A model generated the notes under the pieces. It was not told the origin of the DNA, did no database searches, and saw only the letters and a list, made by a program, of their open reading frames with translations. DNA of 64,000 bases from positions 16,500-80,499 of the forward strand of contig JAEUTF010000128.1 of the NCBI GenBank assembly GCA_016788185.1, read 5' to 3'. Both the position numbers and the translations under genes were made by a program. This stretch comes from Bacteroidia bacterium (GTDB taxonomy: Bacteria; Bacteroidota; Bacteroidia; AKYH767-A; OLB10). Below are positions 1 to 9,356 of the stretch, one piece after another. How positions within the stretch are numbered: position 1 is the stretch's first letter; every line of letters starts with the position of its first letter.

Positions 1-527
1 ATGCCTGTGGGTCCGGTCTGGAGAAAAGTAAAACATTGTCATCAAAACCGGCCAAGCCGGCGGCCATCACTGGTCCCACTGCACCGTGCACCAATACAAA
101 CAATGTTGCGTACAGCATTGCACCGGTTAGCGGAGCCACTTCGTACTCCTGGGTGGTTCCGTCTACCGGAATGATCCATGTGTCGGGCCAGGGCAGTACG
201 AACCTGCTGGTGAATACAAAAGCCAGCGCCGTAGCCTGCACCTTAAAGGTTGGATCGGTGAACGGTTGCGGCACCAGCGCCAAACGTTCACTACCCTTGA
301 ATCTTATCTCCTGCATCCGGGAGTATGAACTGGCCAACAACAGCTTCCATTTTGACAAAATGCCTGAAAAAATCTCCGTATACAACCTGGAAGGCCGCCT
401 GATTTCCACCTGTGAAAAACCCTCCACGGAATGGAGCTATTCAGACTTGCCTGCAGGAATATACATTGTGCGCATGCAATACCCTGATCATTTCAGCAGC
501 GAAAAAATCATGACCGGCCTTCAGTAA
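1..527 (+). CDS. Secreted T9SS-cargo protein, C-terminal fragment (5' end lies outside the window); paralogue of the next CDS
   Basis: Frame 3 is open from the window edge (ACGSGLEKSKTLSSKPAKPAAITGP...), so the TTG at 36 is not the real start. It is colinear with the last ~160 aa of the 735..2048 product, with roughly half of positions identical by eye. It has a PKD-like GATSYSW module followed by a T9SS type-A-like tail (VYNLEGRLIS...GIYIVRMQ...). Confidence 0.8.
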   Translation, partial: ACGSGLEKSKTLSSKPAKPAAITGPTAPCTNTNNVAYSIAPVSGATSYSWVVPSTGMIHVSGQGSTNLLVNTKASAVACTLKVGSVNGCGTSAKRSLPLNLISCIREYELANNSFHFDKMPEKISVYNLEGRLISTCEKPSTEWSYSDLPAGIYIVRMQYPDHFSSEKIMTGLQ

Positions 528-535
528 GGCTTCGT

Positions 536-579
536 AAAGGAAACACCATGTCTGACGGATGGGCCTGGTGTTTCCTTTT
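536..579 (+). terminator. Candidate intrinsic terminator
   Basis: 13-bp perfect stem aaaggaaacacca / tggtgtttccttt immediately after the stop at 527. The loop is rather large (17 nt) and the T tail is short. Confidence 0.5.
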
Positions 580-734
580 CATACCCGATCGATCGGCAAG
601 GAACTGCCATTTGACAGTCGAAGCTTCGCATGCAGGTGAAAGTCCCGGGTAAAATCGGATTTTTAAACGAACCTTTTAAAAAACTTTGATAATGTTTGTT
701 GAAACACTAATTTGCATGCTCATTCCTTCCTTCT

Positions 735-2048
735 ATGAAGAATATCCGTATTTTGATTTTGCCTCTTTTTACCGTACTGATCATGAGCTCCGTGTTGCGT
801 CAGAGCGGAATTGCAGGAAAAACAGGGTCTCCCGGAGAACCGACCTGCGTGGATTGCCACAGCGATTTTGCACTGAATTCAGGTGGCGGATCGATCAGTA
901 TCGGCAATACCGGAATGAACAACTGGCAGTATGTACCCGGACAAACCTATCCCATCACGGTAACGGTGAGTCACCAGGGTTCCAGTTTATTTGGTCTGGG
1001 TCTTGAGTGCCTGACTTCATCCAACAACAATGCGGGTACCTTCGGTATCGTCAACAGCTCCACCCAATTGATGACAAGGCTGGTAGCAGGGGTGAGCCGT
1101 ATCAATGTGGTGCATACGCTGAATGGCGGAACCGGTACCAATTCGAAAACCTTTACGTTTAACTGGACCGCTCCACCTGCCGGTACCGGAAATGTTACTT
1201 TTTATTTCACCGGAAATGCCGCCAACGGGGACGACAGTACCGGTGGTGATTATATTTACGGATCCAGCAAAGTGCTTACTGAATTCATTTGTCAGCCCCC
1301 GGCTACGCCCGGCTCCATCAGCGGAAGTGCCTATAACAATTGCGGAGTTTCCACCAAAACCTATAGTGTGGTGCCCGTATCCGGAGCTACCTCCTATACC
1401 TGGCGAACGGATATTGCAGGTGCAAGCCTGAACGGTGTTCCCGACTCGGTCACCACGAGCCAACCCACTGTCAATCTCACCTTCCCCGCCAACTTCAGCA
1501 ATGCAAAGTTGTATGTTAAAGCGAAAAACGCATGCGGCAGCAGCGCCGAAAAAGCAAAAACGCTTTCATCAAAACCGGCGGTGCCGGCATCCATTACAGG
1601 ACCGCTGAGCCCTTGCATTAACTCCTCCGGACTGGTTTACAGTACCACCGCGGTCAATGGTGCAAATTCCTATACCTGGACGGTTCCCTCATCGGGTTTC
1701 CAGTTCATCTCAGGACAGGGGAGTACTTCTATCACCCTTCAGACCAAATCCAATGCAGTCATTTGTACTTTAAAAGTGGCCTCGGTAAACGCCTGCGGAA
1801 GCAGTAACAAGAGAAAACTGACGGTTCATGTAAATTCCTGCCTGCGTGAATACGAAGTCAGGGGACAGAGTTTAGTCTTTAACGAAGTTCCGGTTTGTGC
1901 CGAAGTTTATGCAACGGATGGAAGGTTGATGAGGACAGAAAAAAATCCCCAGAAAGAGTTCGTTCTCTCCGGACTCGACAGGGGCATTTACCTGGTTTTA
2001 TTAAGATACCAGGGCTACACGAAATCGGAAAAGATATATGTAGAGTAG
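735..2048 (+). CDS. Secreted T9SS-cargo protein: N-terminal CxxCH-containing domain, two PKD-like modules, C-terminal sorting domain
   Basis: Signal-peptide-like N-terminus (MKNIRILILPLFTVLIMSSVL). CVDCH motif at aa 38-42. Two GATSYTW/GANSYTW PKD-like modules. C-terminal VYATDGRLM...GIYLVLLRY...KIYVE resembles a T9SS type-A CTD. Confidence 0.85.
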   Translation: MKNIRILILPLFTVLIMSSVLRQSGIAGKTGSPGEPTCVDCHSDFALNSGGGSISIGNTGMNNWQYVPGQTYPITVTVSHQGSSLFGLGLECLTSSNNNAGTFGIVNSSTQLMTRLVAGVSRINVVHTLNGGTGTNSKTFTFNWTAPPAGTGNVTFYFTGNAANGDDSTGGDYIYGSSKVLTEFICQPPATPGSISGSAYNNCGVSTKTYSVVPVSGATSYTWRTDIAGASLNGVPDSVTTSQPTVNLTFPANFSNAKLYVKAKNACGSSAEKAKTLSSKPAVPASITGPLSPCINSSGLVYSTTAVNGANSYTWTVPSSGFQFISGQGSTSITLQTKSNAVICTLKVASVNACGSSNKRKLTVHVNSCLREYEVRGQSLVFNEVPVCAEVYATDGRLMRTEKNPQKEFVLSGLDRGIYLVLLRYQGYTKSEKIYVE

Positions 2049-2176
2049 GGGGCTTGTGTTTGTATGCATCAGATTGATAAATAATACGATAAAGCCAGAT
2101 CAGGAACGATCCGGGTTAAACCCCGTAATACGGTTTATGCCAACTGTAACCTGTTAACAATCAATCTATTTTTTGT

Positions 2177-2206
2177 TTTGTAATTCAAATTCTTTGTTTA
2201 ACTTTG
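2177..2206 (+). promoter_or_regulatory. Bacteroidota-type promoter for rpsA (-33 TTTG, -7 TAnnTTTG)
   Basis: TTTG at 2177-2180 and TAACTTTG at 2199-2206 with 18-nt spacing. It is followed by GCCGTCCC, the same extended motif seen upstream of tRNA-Arg at 53529-53567. Confidence 0.55.
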
Positions 2207-2250
2207 CCGTCCCTTCCGCAGGCCATTCCTGCCGCTAGGATATTGCATAG

Positions 2251-4095
2251 ATGGCATCTACTACCAATACACAGGAGAAACTCTCCACCGTAAAGTTTGC
2301 AACGCCTGATCCCAACGATTTCGATTGGGATACCACAGGCAAAGCGTTTGACACTTACAAGGCCGATGAACGTGTAAAGCTCGAAGCTTTATACGACCAA
2401 AAGCTGAACCAGGTGTTGGAGCGCGAAATCGTGATGGGTTCTGTAATCGGACTCACCAGCAAGGAAGCTGTAATCAATATCGGTTACAAAAGCGATGGAC
2501 TCGTTCCATTAACTGAGTTCCGCCACATGCCCGATCTCAAAGTCGGTGATGAGGTGGAAGTTTATGTTGAAACGGCCGAAGATAAAAACGGCCAGCTCAT
2601 CCTCTCCCACAAGAAAGCGCGCGCCATGAAATCATGGGATCGCGTGAATGCTGCCTTGGAGAAGGACGAGATCGTGACCGGTTTCGTGAAATGCAGGACC
2701 AAGGGCGGACTGATTGTCGATGTGTTCGGCATTGAGGCCTTCCTGCCCGGCTCACAAATCGATGTGAAGCCCATCCGCGACTACGATATTTACGTAGGCA
2801 AAACGATGGAATTCAAGATCGTGAAGATCAATCAGGAATTCAAAAACGTGGTGGTTTCACACAAAGTGCTGATCGAAAATGAACTCGAAAAGCAAAAAGT
2901 GGAAATCATGAGCAAACTGGAGAAAGGCCAGGTACTCGAAGGAACCGTGAAAAACATCACCTCGTACGGTGTGTTCATGGATCTTGGCGGGGTAGATGGT
3001 CTGCTCCACATTACCGATATCAGTTGGGGACGCATCAACCATCCGGAAGAAGTCCTCAAACTCGACCAGCGTATCAATGTGGTAATTCTTGACTTCGATG
3101 AGGAGAAGAAACGCATTGCGCTCGGTCTGAAACAGCTGACTCCTCAACCCTGGGAATCCCTCGATCAGAACTTAAAAGCCACTGACAAAGTAAAAGGCAA
3201 AGTGGTTGTTCTGACCGATTACGGCGCATTTGTAGAGATCATTCCGGGAGTTGAAGGCCTGATTCACGTGTCTGAAATGTCATGGTCACAACACCTCCGC
3301 AGCCCGCAGGATTTCCTCAAGGTTGGAGATGAAGTGGAAACTGTCATCCTCAGCATCGACCGTGACGAACACAAGATGTCTCTCGGTCTGAAACAACTCA
3401 CGCCTGATCCCTGGGGAGCTATTCTCTCAAAATACCCGGTTGGCTCGAAGCACAAAGCCAAAGTGCGCAACTTCACCAATTTCGGAGTATTTGTAGAACT
3501 CGAAGAAGGGGTTGATGGCTTGATCCATATCAGTGACCTGAGCTGGAACAAAAAGATCAAGCATCCGGCCGAATTCACCAAGATCGGCGAGGAGCTGGAT
3601 GTGGTGGTACTGGAAGTGGACGTGGAAAACCGTCGCCTCAGCCTTGGACACAAACAACTGGAAGATAATCCCTGGGAAACCTATGAAAGCCTCTTCGCCA
3701 TCAACAGCGTTCACCAGGGCGTGGTTGGCAAGGTGACCGATAAGGGCGCCTCCGTAACCTTTACCGCCTACGGTGTGGAAGCTTTCGCGCCCTACCGTCA
3801 GCTTCAAAAAGAAGACGGTACGGTGGCCAAGGAACACGACACCCTCGATTTCAAAGTCATTGAGTTCAGCAAGGAAAACCGCCGGATCGTGGTGTCCCAT
3901 ACCCGTATCTTCGATGAGAAGGCACAGGAAGTGAAAAAAGCTGAAAGCAACGAACGTGAAAAAGAAGTGGCTTCTACAGCCAAAGCCGTGAAAAAAATCA
4001 AGGATACCCAGGAGAAATCCACCCTTGGTGACATCGAAGCTTTGGCCGCTCTCCGCAGTTCACTGGAAGCAAACGAGAAGAAAGAGGATAAATAA
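2251..4095 (+). CDS. rpsA: 30S ribosomal protein S1
   Basis: 614 aa with six S1 (OB-fold) repeats showing the typical G.V..I..fGaFV.l..gveGLiHiSe pattern, plus an acidic/lysine-rich tail. Confidence 0.97.
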   Translation: MASTTNTQEKLSTVKFATPDPNDFDWDTTGKAFDTYKADERVKLEALYDQKLNQVLEREIVMGSVIGLTSKEAVINIGYKSDGLVPLTEFRHMPDLKVGDEVEVYVETAEDKNGQLILSHKKARAMKSWDRVNAALEKDEIVTGFVKCRTKGGLIVDVFGIEAFLPGSQIDVKPIRDYDIYVGKTMEFKIVKINQEFKNVVVSHKVLIENELEKQKVEIMSKLEKGQVLEGTVKNITSYGVFMDLGGVDGLLHITDISWGRINHPEEVLKLDQRINVVILDFDEEKKRIALGLKQLTPQPWESLDQNLKATDKVKGKVVVLTDYGAFVEIIPGVEGLIHVSEMSWSQHLRSPQDFLKVGDEVETVILSIDRDEHKMSLGLKQLTPDPWGAILSKYPVGSKHKAKVRNFTNFGVFVELEEGVDGLIHISDLSWNKKIKHPAEFTKIGEELDVVVLEVDVENRRLSLGHKQLEDNPWETYESLFAINSVHQGVVGKVTDKGASVTFTAYGVEAFAPYRQLQKEDGTVAKEHDTLDFKVIEFSKENRRIVVSHTRIFDEKAQEVKKAESNEREKEVASTAKAVKKIKDTQEKSTLGDIEALAALRSSLEANEKKEDK

Positions 4096-4116
4096 TCCTG
4101 CATCAGTAATCATCAG

Positions 4117-4149
4117 AAAGGCTGCCCGCAAAGGCAGCCTTTTCTTTTT
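4117..4149 (+). terminator. Intrinsic terminator after rpsA
   Basis: Stem aaaggctgcc / ggcagccttt with a 6-nt loop, followed by a T-rich run (tctttttc). Confidence 0.8.
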
Positions 4150-4186
4150 CAAGTATGAATTTGCTTTTTTTATTAATTTTGAAGCC

Positions 4187-4744
4187 ATGCCTGAAAACAG
4201 CAAACTCATTTTTAACAAAGAGTTACTGGCTATTACCATTGACAGGCTGTGCTACCAGCTCATTGAGAATCACGACAATTTCAAGGACACGGTGCTGGTA
4301 GGCCTTCAGCCACGCGGTATTTATCTTTCACAGATTGTAATCGAACGATTGCGTCAGATTCAACCCGACTCTCAGATCAGGTACGGTGAACTGGACGTCA
4401 GTTTCTTTCGCGATGACTTCAGGAGGAGAGATCTGATCGTTCCCAGTTCCACCCGCATGGATTTCATTGTAGAAGGTAAAAACGTGATCCTGGTCGACGA
4501 TGTGTTGTTTACCGGAAGAACCATCCGGGCGGGAATGGATGCCTTGCTGGCCTTCGGCAGGCCGGAGCGGGTGGAATTGCTGGTATTAATTAACAGGAAG
4601 TTCAGCAGGCAATTGCCGATCGAACCGGATTATATAGGGAAATCCATCGACACCATCTCCACCGAGAAAGTAAAAGTGGAGCTGAAACGACCCGAAGGTG
4701 AAATTGGAGTTTGGTTAATCTCAGATGAAAAATTCTATGAATGA
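4187..4744 (+). CDS. pyrR: Bifunctional pyrimidine operon regulator / uracil phosphoribosyltransferase PyrR
   Basis: PRTase motif VILVDDVLFTGRTIRA and a PyrR-like N-terminus. I chose the ATG at 4187 because the longer ORF from 4025 overlaps the rpsA 3' end and its terminator. Confidence 0.9.
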   Translation: MPENSKLIFNKELLAITIDRLCYQLIENHDNFKDTVLVGLQPRGIYLSQIVIERLRQIQPDSQIRYGELDVSFFRDDFRRRDLIVPSSTRMDFIVEGKNVILVDDVLFTGRTIRAGMDALLAFGRPERVELLVLINRKFSRQLPIEPDYIGKSIDTISTEKVKVELKRPEGEIGVWLISDEKFYE

Positions 4745-5669
4745 ACAGTTGAGTGTTCAGCATCTGCTGGGAATTAAAGACCTCACCAAAGAGGACATAG
4801 AACTCATTTTTCAAACGGCCGATAATTTTAAAGACGTCATCAACAGGCCCATTAAAAAAGTACCCTCTCTCCGAGACATTACCATTGCGAATATCTTTTT
4901 TGAAAATTCCACCCGTACCAAACTCTCTTTCGAACTCGCCGAACGCCGGCTATCGGCCGATGTGGTAAATTTTGCAGCCTCCGCTTCTTCTGTAAGCAAA
5001 GGAGAGACCCTGGTGGATACCGTCAACAACATTCTGGCCATGAAGGTAGACATGGTGGTGATGCGGCATCCCAGGCCGGGAGCCGCCCTGTTTCTGGCAC
5101 GTCACATCAAGGCCAATGTGATCAACGCCGGCGACGGAACCCATGAACATCCTACCCAGGCCTTGCTCGATGCCTATTCCATCCGCGAAAAGTTCGGCAG
5201 GGTGGAAGGTGTAAAAGTGGTCATCGTGGGTGACATTCTGCATTCCAGGGTGGCGCTCTCCAACATACTTTGCCTGCAGAAACTAGGGGCCGAAGTGATG
5301 GTCTGTGGTCCGGTAACCCTGATCCCGAAATACATGCAATCCCTTGGCGTAAAGGTGGAATACAATCTGAAAAAAGCCCTGGCCTGGTGCGATGTGGCCA
5401 ATATGCTACGCATACAGCTGGAGCGGCAGGATATCCGCTATTTCCCAACCTTGCGTGAGTATTCCATGATGTACGGACTCAACCGTCAGCTACTCGACAG
5501 TCTGAACAAAGCCATCACCATCATGCATCCCGGCCCCATCAACCGGGGCGTTGAGATCACAAGCGATGTGGCTGATAGTGAGCATAGTATAATTCTCAAC
5601 CAGGTCGAAAACGGAGTGGCTATACGAATGGCCGTTCTCTTTTTACTGGCACAAAGCAGGGGGATTTGA
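4725..5669 (+). CDS. pyrB: Aspartate carbamoyltransferase catalytic subunit
   Basis: Carbamoyl-phosphate binding motif FFENSTRTKLSFE, HPTQALLD and HPGPINRG motifs. Overlaps the pyrR stop. An alternative start at 4737 is possible. Confidence 0.95.
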   Translation: MKNSMNEQLSVQHLLGIKDLTKEDIELIFQTADNFKDVINRPIKKVPSLRDITIANIFFENSTRTKLSFELAERRLSADVVNFAASASSVSKGETLVDTVNNILAMKVDMVVMRHPRPGAALFLARHIKANVINAGDGTHEHPTQALLDAYSIREKFGRVEGVKVVIVGDILHSRVALSNILCLQKLGAEVMVCGPVTLIPKYMQSLGVKVEYNLKKALAWCDVANMLRIQLERQDIRYFPTLREYSMMYGLNRQLLDSLNKAITIMHPGPINRGVEITSDVADSEHSIILNQVENGVAIRMAVLFLLAQSRGI

Positions 5670-5748
5670 ACAATGAACCGTTGACAACGACTGAAGCAAT
5701 CACTTGCACAGACCCCGGCGAAGAATTACATTTGAAAAAATTCCAGGT

Positions 5749-6132
5749 ATGCACTTTAGCTTAGATAAAACCGAAAAGTATGTCGTGGTGAAGCTCCACG
5801 AGCAAAAACTGAATACCCTGATTGCGGCAGAATTGAAATCTGAGCTGCTTTTACTGAATACGCAAGGCTATAACAACATTATACTTGACCTGACCGAATC
5901 TCTGTATTGTGATTCTTCGGGGCTGAGCGCGATCCTGGTCGGGAACCGTTTGTGCAGGAATTCAAATGGCGCTTTTGTAATTACCGGGCTCAGCGAAACC
6001 GTTAAAAAACTGATACAAATTTCGCAACTGGACCAGGTCCTGAACATCACCTCCAATCCGGCAGAAGCCATTGATTTTGTTCTTCTGGATGAAGTTGACC
6101 GCAATATCGAGCGGAATCTGAAGAATGATTAA
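5749..6132 (+). CDS. STAS-domain protein (anti-sigma-factor antagonist family)
   Basis: ~127 aa with SpoIIAA-like layout (VVVKL.G.L......L...L......NIILDL..S.YCDSSGLSAIL). ATG at 5749 is preferred over the upstream alternative start. Confidence 0.75.
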   Translation: MHFSLDKTEKYVVVKLHEQKLNTLIAAELKSELLLLNTQGYNNIILDLTESLYCDSSGLSAILVGNRLCRNSNGAFVITGLSETVKKLIQISQLDQVLNITSNPAEAIDFVLLDEVDRNIERNLKND

Positions 6133-6158
6133 TACCTTTATAGCTCTAAATTCAGGTT

Positions 6159-6917
6159 ATGAAGAAATTCCTACTCGTATGTGCGGTGGCATTGTTCGCT
6201 TTTAATCCATCTGCTTCCGCACAATGTGTACCCAATACCACCATCACCCAACCCGGCATTACACCTGACAGCGCTACCGGTCTTGCTTCCGGAATCAGCG
6301 GACAGCTTTATACACAGGTCATGCAAATCCGCGTACCTGCCGATACGGTGGTTGAACTCATCCCCGGGGTTCCGGTTACCGTTCCGATTACCTCCATCAC
6401 CTTGACTTCCTTTACCGGCCTTCCGCCCGGAATTACCTATACCTGTACCCCCTCCAACTGTGTCTTCCCGGGAGGTTCAAACGGCTGCGTCCTGATTAGC
6501 GGAACCACAAATGTTGCTGGCAATTACCCACTTACAGCGATCATCTCTACTGTCGCTTCTGTATTTGGAAACCCGGTGACCCAGGTGGATACCCTTTCCT
6601 ATTACAGCATTGACATTAGTAATGCAACGACCGGAATTGACGAAAGTACAGGTTTGAATTTTTCGATGGATCAAAACAGTCCCAACCCCTGCAATGAAAA
6701 TACGGGGATCCGCTACAGCTTGCCTTCGTCCGGTGAAGTGGACTTCAGGATTTTCAACCTGATTGGAAAAGAGGTTTACCGAAGCCTGCTGAATGCGGAG
6801 CAGGGCATCAATGAACTTCGTCTGGACAGTCGCGACTTTGCCCCCGGCGTTTACATGTACACCATGACTTTCAACGGAGAGACCCTCTCCAAACGCATGG
6901 TCATTTCGCGTAAATAA
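6159..6917 (+). CDS. Secreted protein with T9SS type-A C-terminal sorting domain
   Basis: Signal peptide ending ASAQC. The C-terminus QNSPNPCNENTGIRYSLPSSGEVDFRIFNLIGKEVY...GVYMYTMTFNGETLSKRMVISRK is a textbook Por/T9SS tail. Confidence 0.9.
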   Translation: MKKFLLVCAVALFAFNPSASAQCVPNTTITQPGITPDSATGLASGISGQLYTQVMQIRVPADTVVELIPGVPVTVPITSITLTSFTGLPPGITYTCTPSNCVFPGGSNGCVLISGTTNVAGNYPLTAIISTVASVFGNPVTQVDTLSYYSIDISNATTGIDESTGLNFSMDQNSPNPCNENTGIRYSLPSSGEVDFRIFNLIGKEVYRSLLNAEQGINELRLDSRDFAPGVYMYTMTFNGETLSKRMVISRK

Positions 6918-6919
6918 GT

Positions 6920-7837
6920 ATGGGGTTTGAACTCACCATTCTCGGGAGCAGTTCAGCCACTCCGATTTACAACCGTCATCCCACTTCACAGCTACTGATC
7001 TTTCGCGACCGTCATTTCCTCATCGATTGCGGGGAAGGTACGCAGATGCAGATGCTGAAATACAAGATCCGCTACCACCGGATCAGCCATATTTTTATCA
7101 GTCATTTGCACGGCGACCATTACCTGGGGCTGATGGGCTTGCTGTCCACCTATCACCTGCAGGGGCGTTCCAGCGATCTTCACCTGTTCGGTCAACAGGA
7201 ACTCATGGACGTCATTGAAATGCATTTACGACTATCCCAGACGCAATTGCGCTACAACCTGATCTTTCATCCCATCCGGCACTATTCACCTGAAATTCTG
7301 CTGGAGGACGATGAATTGTATGTGCGTACCATCGTCCTCAGTCATCGCATTCCCTGTACCGGATTTGTTTTTGGCGAAAAGCCACGTCCCCGTCGCCTGA
7401 AAGTGGAGAAACTGCAGGAATACAATATTCCGTTTACCCAATACACCCGCATAAAAGCCGGCGATCACTTTACCGATGCGGAAGGCCATACCATTTTAAA
7501 CGAAGAACTGACCGAATCTCCTCCGGCTCCGAGATCCTATGCCTTTTGTTCCGACACGATTTATTTACCTGAACTGGCCGAAGATGTAAAAGGGGTTGAT
7601 CTGCTCTACCATGAGGCCACCTTTCTTCACGAAATGAAGGAACGTGCGGCGGCGACCTTTCACAGCACCGCGCGCGAAGCCGCTATGATCGCCCGCGAAG
7701 CCCGGGCCGGGAAACTGCTCATCGGGCATTTTTCAGCCCGTTACAAAGCCCTGGAGCCCCTGCTCGACGAAGCCAGGGAGATTTTTCCCAATACGGAAAT
7801 GGCCATTGAAGGCGAAGTGTTCAGGCTCGAAGAATAA
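6920..7837 (+). CDS. rnz: Ribonuclease Z (tRNA 3' endonuclease, metallo-beta-lactamase fold)
   Basis: 305 aa with HLHGDHYLGL zinc motif. N-terminal ILGSSSATP...RHPTSQLL and C-terminal GHFSARY are typical of short-form RNase Z. Confidence 0.9.
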   Translation: MGFELTILGSSSATPIYNRHPTSQLLIFRDRHFLIDCGEGTQMQMLKYKIRYHRISHIFISHLHGDHYLGLMGLLSTYHLQGRSSDLHLFGQQELMDVIEMHLRLSQTQLRYNLIFHPIRHYSPEILLEDDELYVRTIVLSHRIPCTGFVFGEKPRPRRLKVEKLQEYNIPFTQYTRIKAGDHFTDAEGHTILNEELTESPPAPRSYAFCSDTIYLPELAEDVKGVDLLYHEATFLHEMKERAAATFHSTAREAAMIAREARAGKLLIGHFSARYKALEPLLDEAREIFPNTEMAIEGEVFRLEE

Positions 7838-7891
7838 AAAAAGGAGGAACCCCCTCGCATGGAGCCCCTCCCGTTAACAGAATAATTATTT

Positions 7892-9046
7892 TCAGAATCG
7901 CAGGTTTTCAGGCTCCCCCAGGATGCTGCGGCCTTCCAGGATTTGTTTGCGGGCATTTTCGCAGATCTGAAACGCATATTCCTCCCGTTTTTTATCGATG
8001 AGCGACTGAGTGAAATTGATGCCGTTTTCGAGGCGGAATACATACTCCTGATGCACGGCCGGTAAAATACAGGCCACCTGTTCAAGTTCATAACGCCGGG
8101 CGGCATCGATGATGGCTTCTTTCCAGTCGGAGCAGGACTTGATGCTGACGGAAATGCTGGCATTGCGCAGCTTTTCAAGGGCATCGTCCAGTTCAAGTTG
8201 CTCATCCAGCATTTGCTGAAAGGACTCCACGGCACGACAGTATTTCAGCACCTTTTTGTCTTCAAATCTCCGCACGAAGGACTCTACCAATTCCGTATCG
8301 TAGACACTCAGGTAAGGACGCTGGTCCACTTCCTTGTTTTGCTTGTTGCGCTTCATGCTCTCCAGCTGACGCTGACGGGCAATGGAACGGTAACGGTTTT
8401 CCTTCTCCCCGCGTACATCCGGAAGGTCGAGGAGCGAACTGGTGCCCATGTATTCATCATAAAAGCGGTACCAGGCCGGCATGTGTTCATCGAAGGTTTC
8501 ATCGATGGAAGGGATGGTGCCTGCTTCGTATTCGGTTTTAAAGGCTTCGTAGTCCTGCCAGTTATCATAGCTCAGAAAGAGGCTGGCATTGCCGGATCGC
8601 AGGAAACTGACATAGAGGTCCATTTCCGCCTTGCTGACCGGACTGAGATAGGGACAATGCTGAATATTGGATGACAAGAGGTGGAACTGGGAGCTGTGCT
8701 CAACGCCTTTCAGCTTGACCTGCTCAGCCCGCCACTGACATTGCAGGTTGAAGAGCTTTTTCTGCTGTATGGCCCACAATCCTTCTTCCGCTATCAGTTT
8801 ATAACGAAAGGTATGCTGTTCTTCCTGCTGAATATAGTCCTGTCCGCGGGTGAGATAAAAGGCTTTGCGCCGGGCATAATTGCGGATAAAACTTTCGACG
8901 GAGGCCGGATTGAACTGACTGAAGTACTCCTGATAGGAGGGGTTGGTCCTTAAGTCCTCCTCGGTTTGCTGGCGGATGATTTCCACCCTGATTTCTTCTT
9001 CGAACTTCTCCTGAATATGAGGAGGCATGGCTGGTAACTGCTTCAT
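7892..9046 (-). CDS. Hypothetical cytoplasmic protein, no domain recognised
   Basis: Long uninterrupted 384-aa ORF, charged and helical-looking, with no TM segment or signal peptide. The opposite-strand ORFs are shorter shadows. Confidence 0.7.
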   Translation of the reverse strand: MKQLPAMPPHIQEKFEEEIRVEIIRQQTEEDLRTNPSYQEYFSQFNPASVESFIRNYARRKAFYLTRGQDYIQQEEQHTFRYKLIAEEGLWAIQQKKLFNLQCQWRAEQVKLKGVEHSSQFHLLSSNIQHCPYLSPVSKAEMDLYVSFLRSGNASLFLSYDNWQDYEAFKTEYEAGTIPSIDETFDEHMPAWYRFYDEYMGTSSLLDLPDVRGEKENRYRSIARQRQLESMKRNKQNKEVDQRPYLSVYDTELVESFVRRFEDKKVLKYCRAVESFQQMLDEQLELDDALEKLRNASISVSIKSCSDWKEAIIDAARRYELEQVACILPAVHQEYVFRLENGINFTQSLIDKKREEYAFQICENARKQILEGRSILGEPENLRF

Positions 9047-9356
9047 ATATGTATAACAACTGGGATTTTAACCACCTTTCCGGGCAAGAGGTTAGGCACT
9101 TTTTATCAAAAACATTACATCCGAAACCCTTTTTTCTCAACCGTTTCTTTGATCATTATCATGCAATTTTTCATGGTTCGGATCCTTTCAAATGTTAATT
9201 TTAAATCGGCTTTATACGTAGCCCTTTCCGGAAAGTTCTTTCATTCCTGCCTTCTCCTCCAGTACCAGTAAATTCCCTTGCCAGAATCCCTCCTCAGGAG
9301 CGATTCTCTGCACCGGACAATCGTCATAAGAATTCAACAATCTAAAATTTCTGCTT

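Noticed and set aside
686-1006. 106-aa ORF overlapping the 5' end of the 735..2048 gene in another frame
   Set aside because: The frame starting at 735 gives a signal peptide and continues for 437 aa with recognisable domains. The alternative frame has no features and ends early.
4025-4186. N-terminal extension of the pyrR ORF back to a GTG at 4025
   Set aside because: The extension overlaps the rpsA 3' end and runs through the rpsA terminator hairpin. The PyrR-like sequence only begins at the ATG at 4187.
4150-4186. Possible PyrR-binding attenuator upstream of pyrR/pyrB
   Set aside because: I looked for the conserved PyrR binding-loop sequence (ARUCCAGAGAGGYU-like) and an anti-terminator/terminator pair. 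Only a 37-nt AT-rich spacer is present. There is no evidence for attenuation control here.
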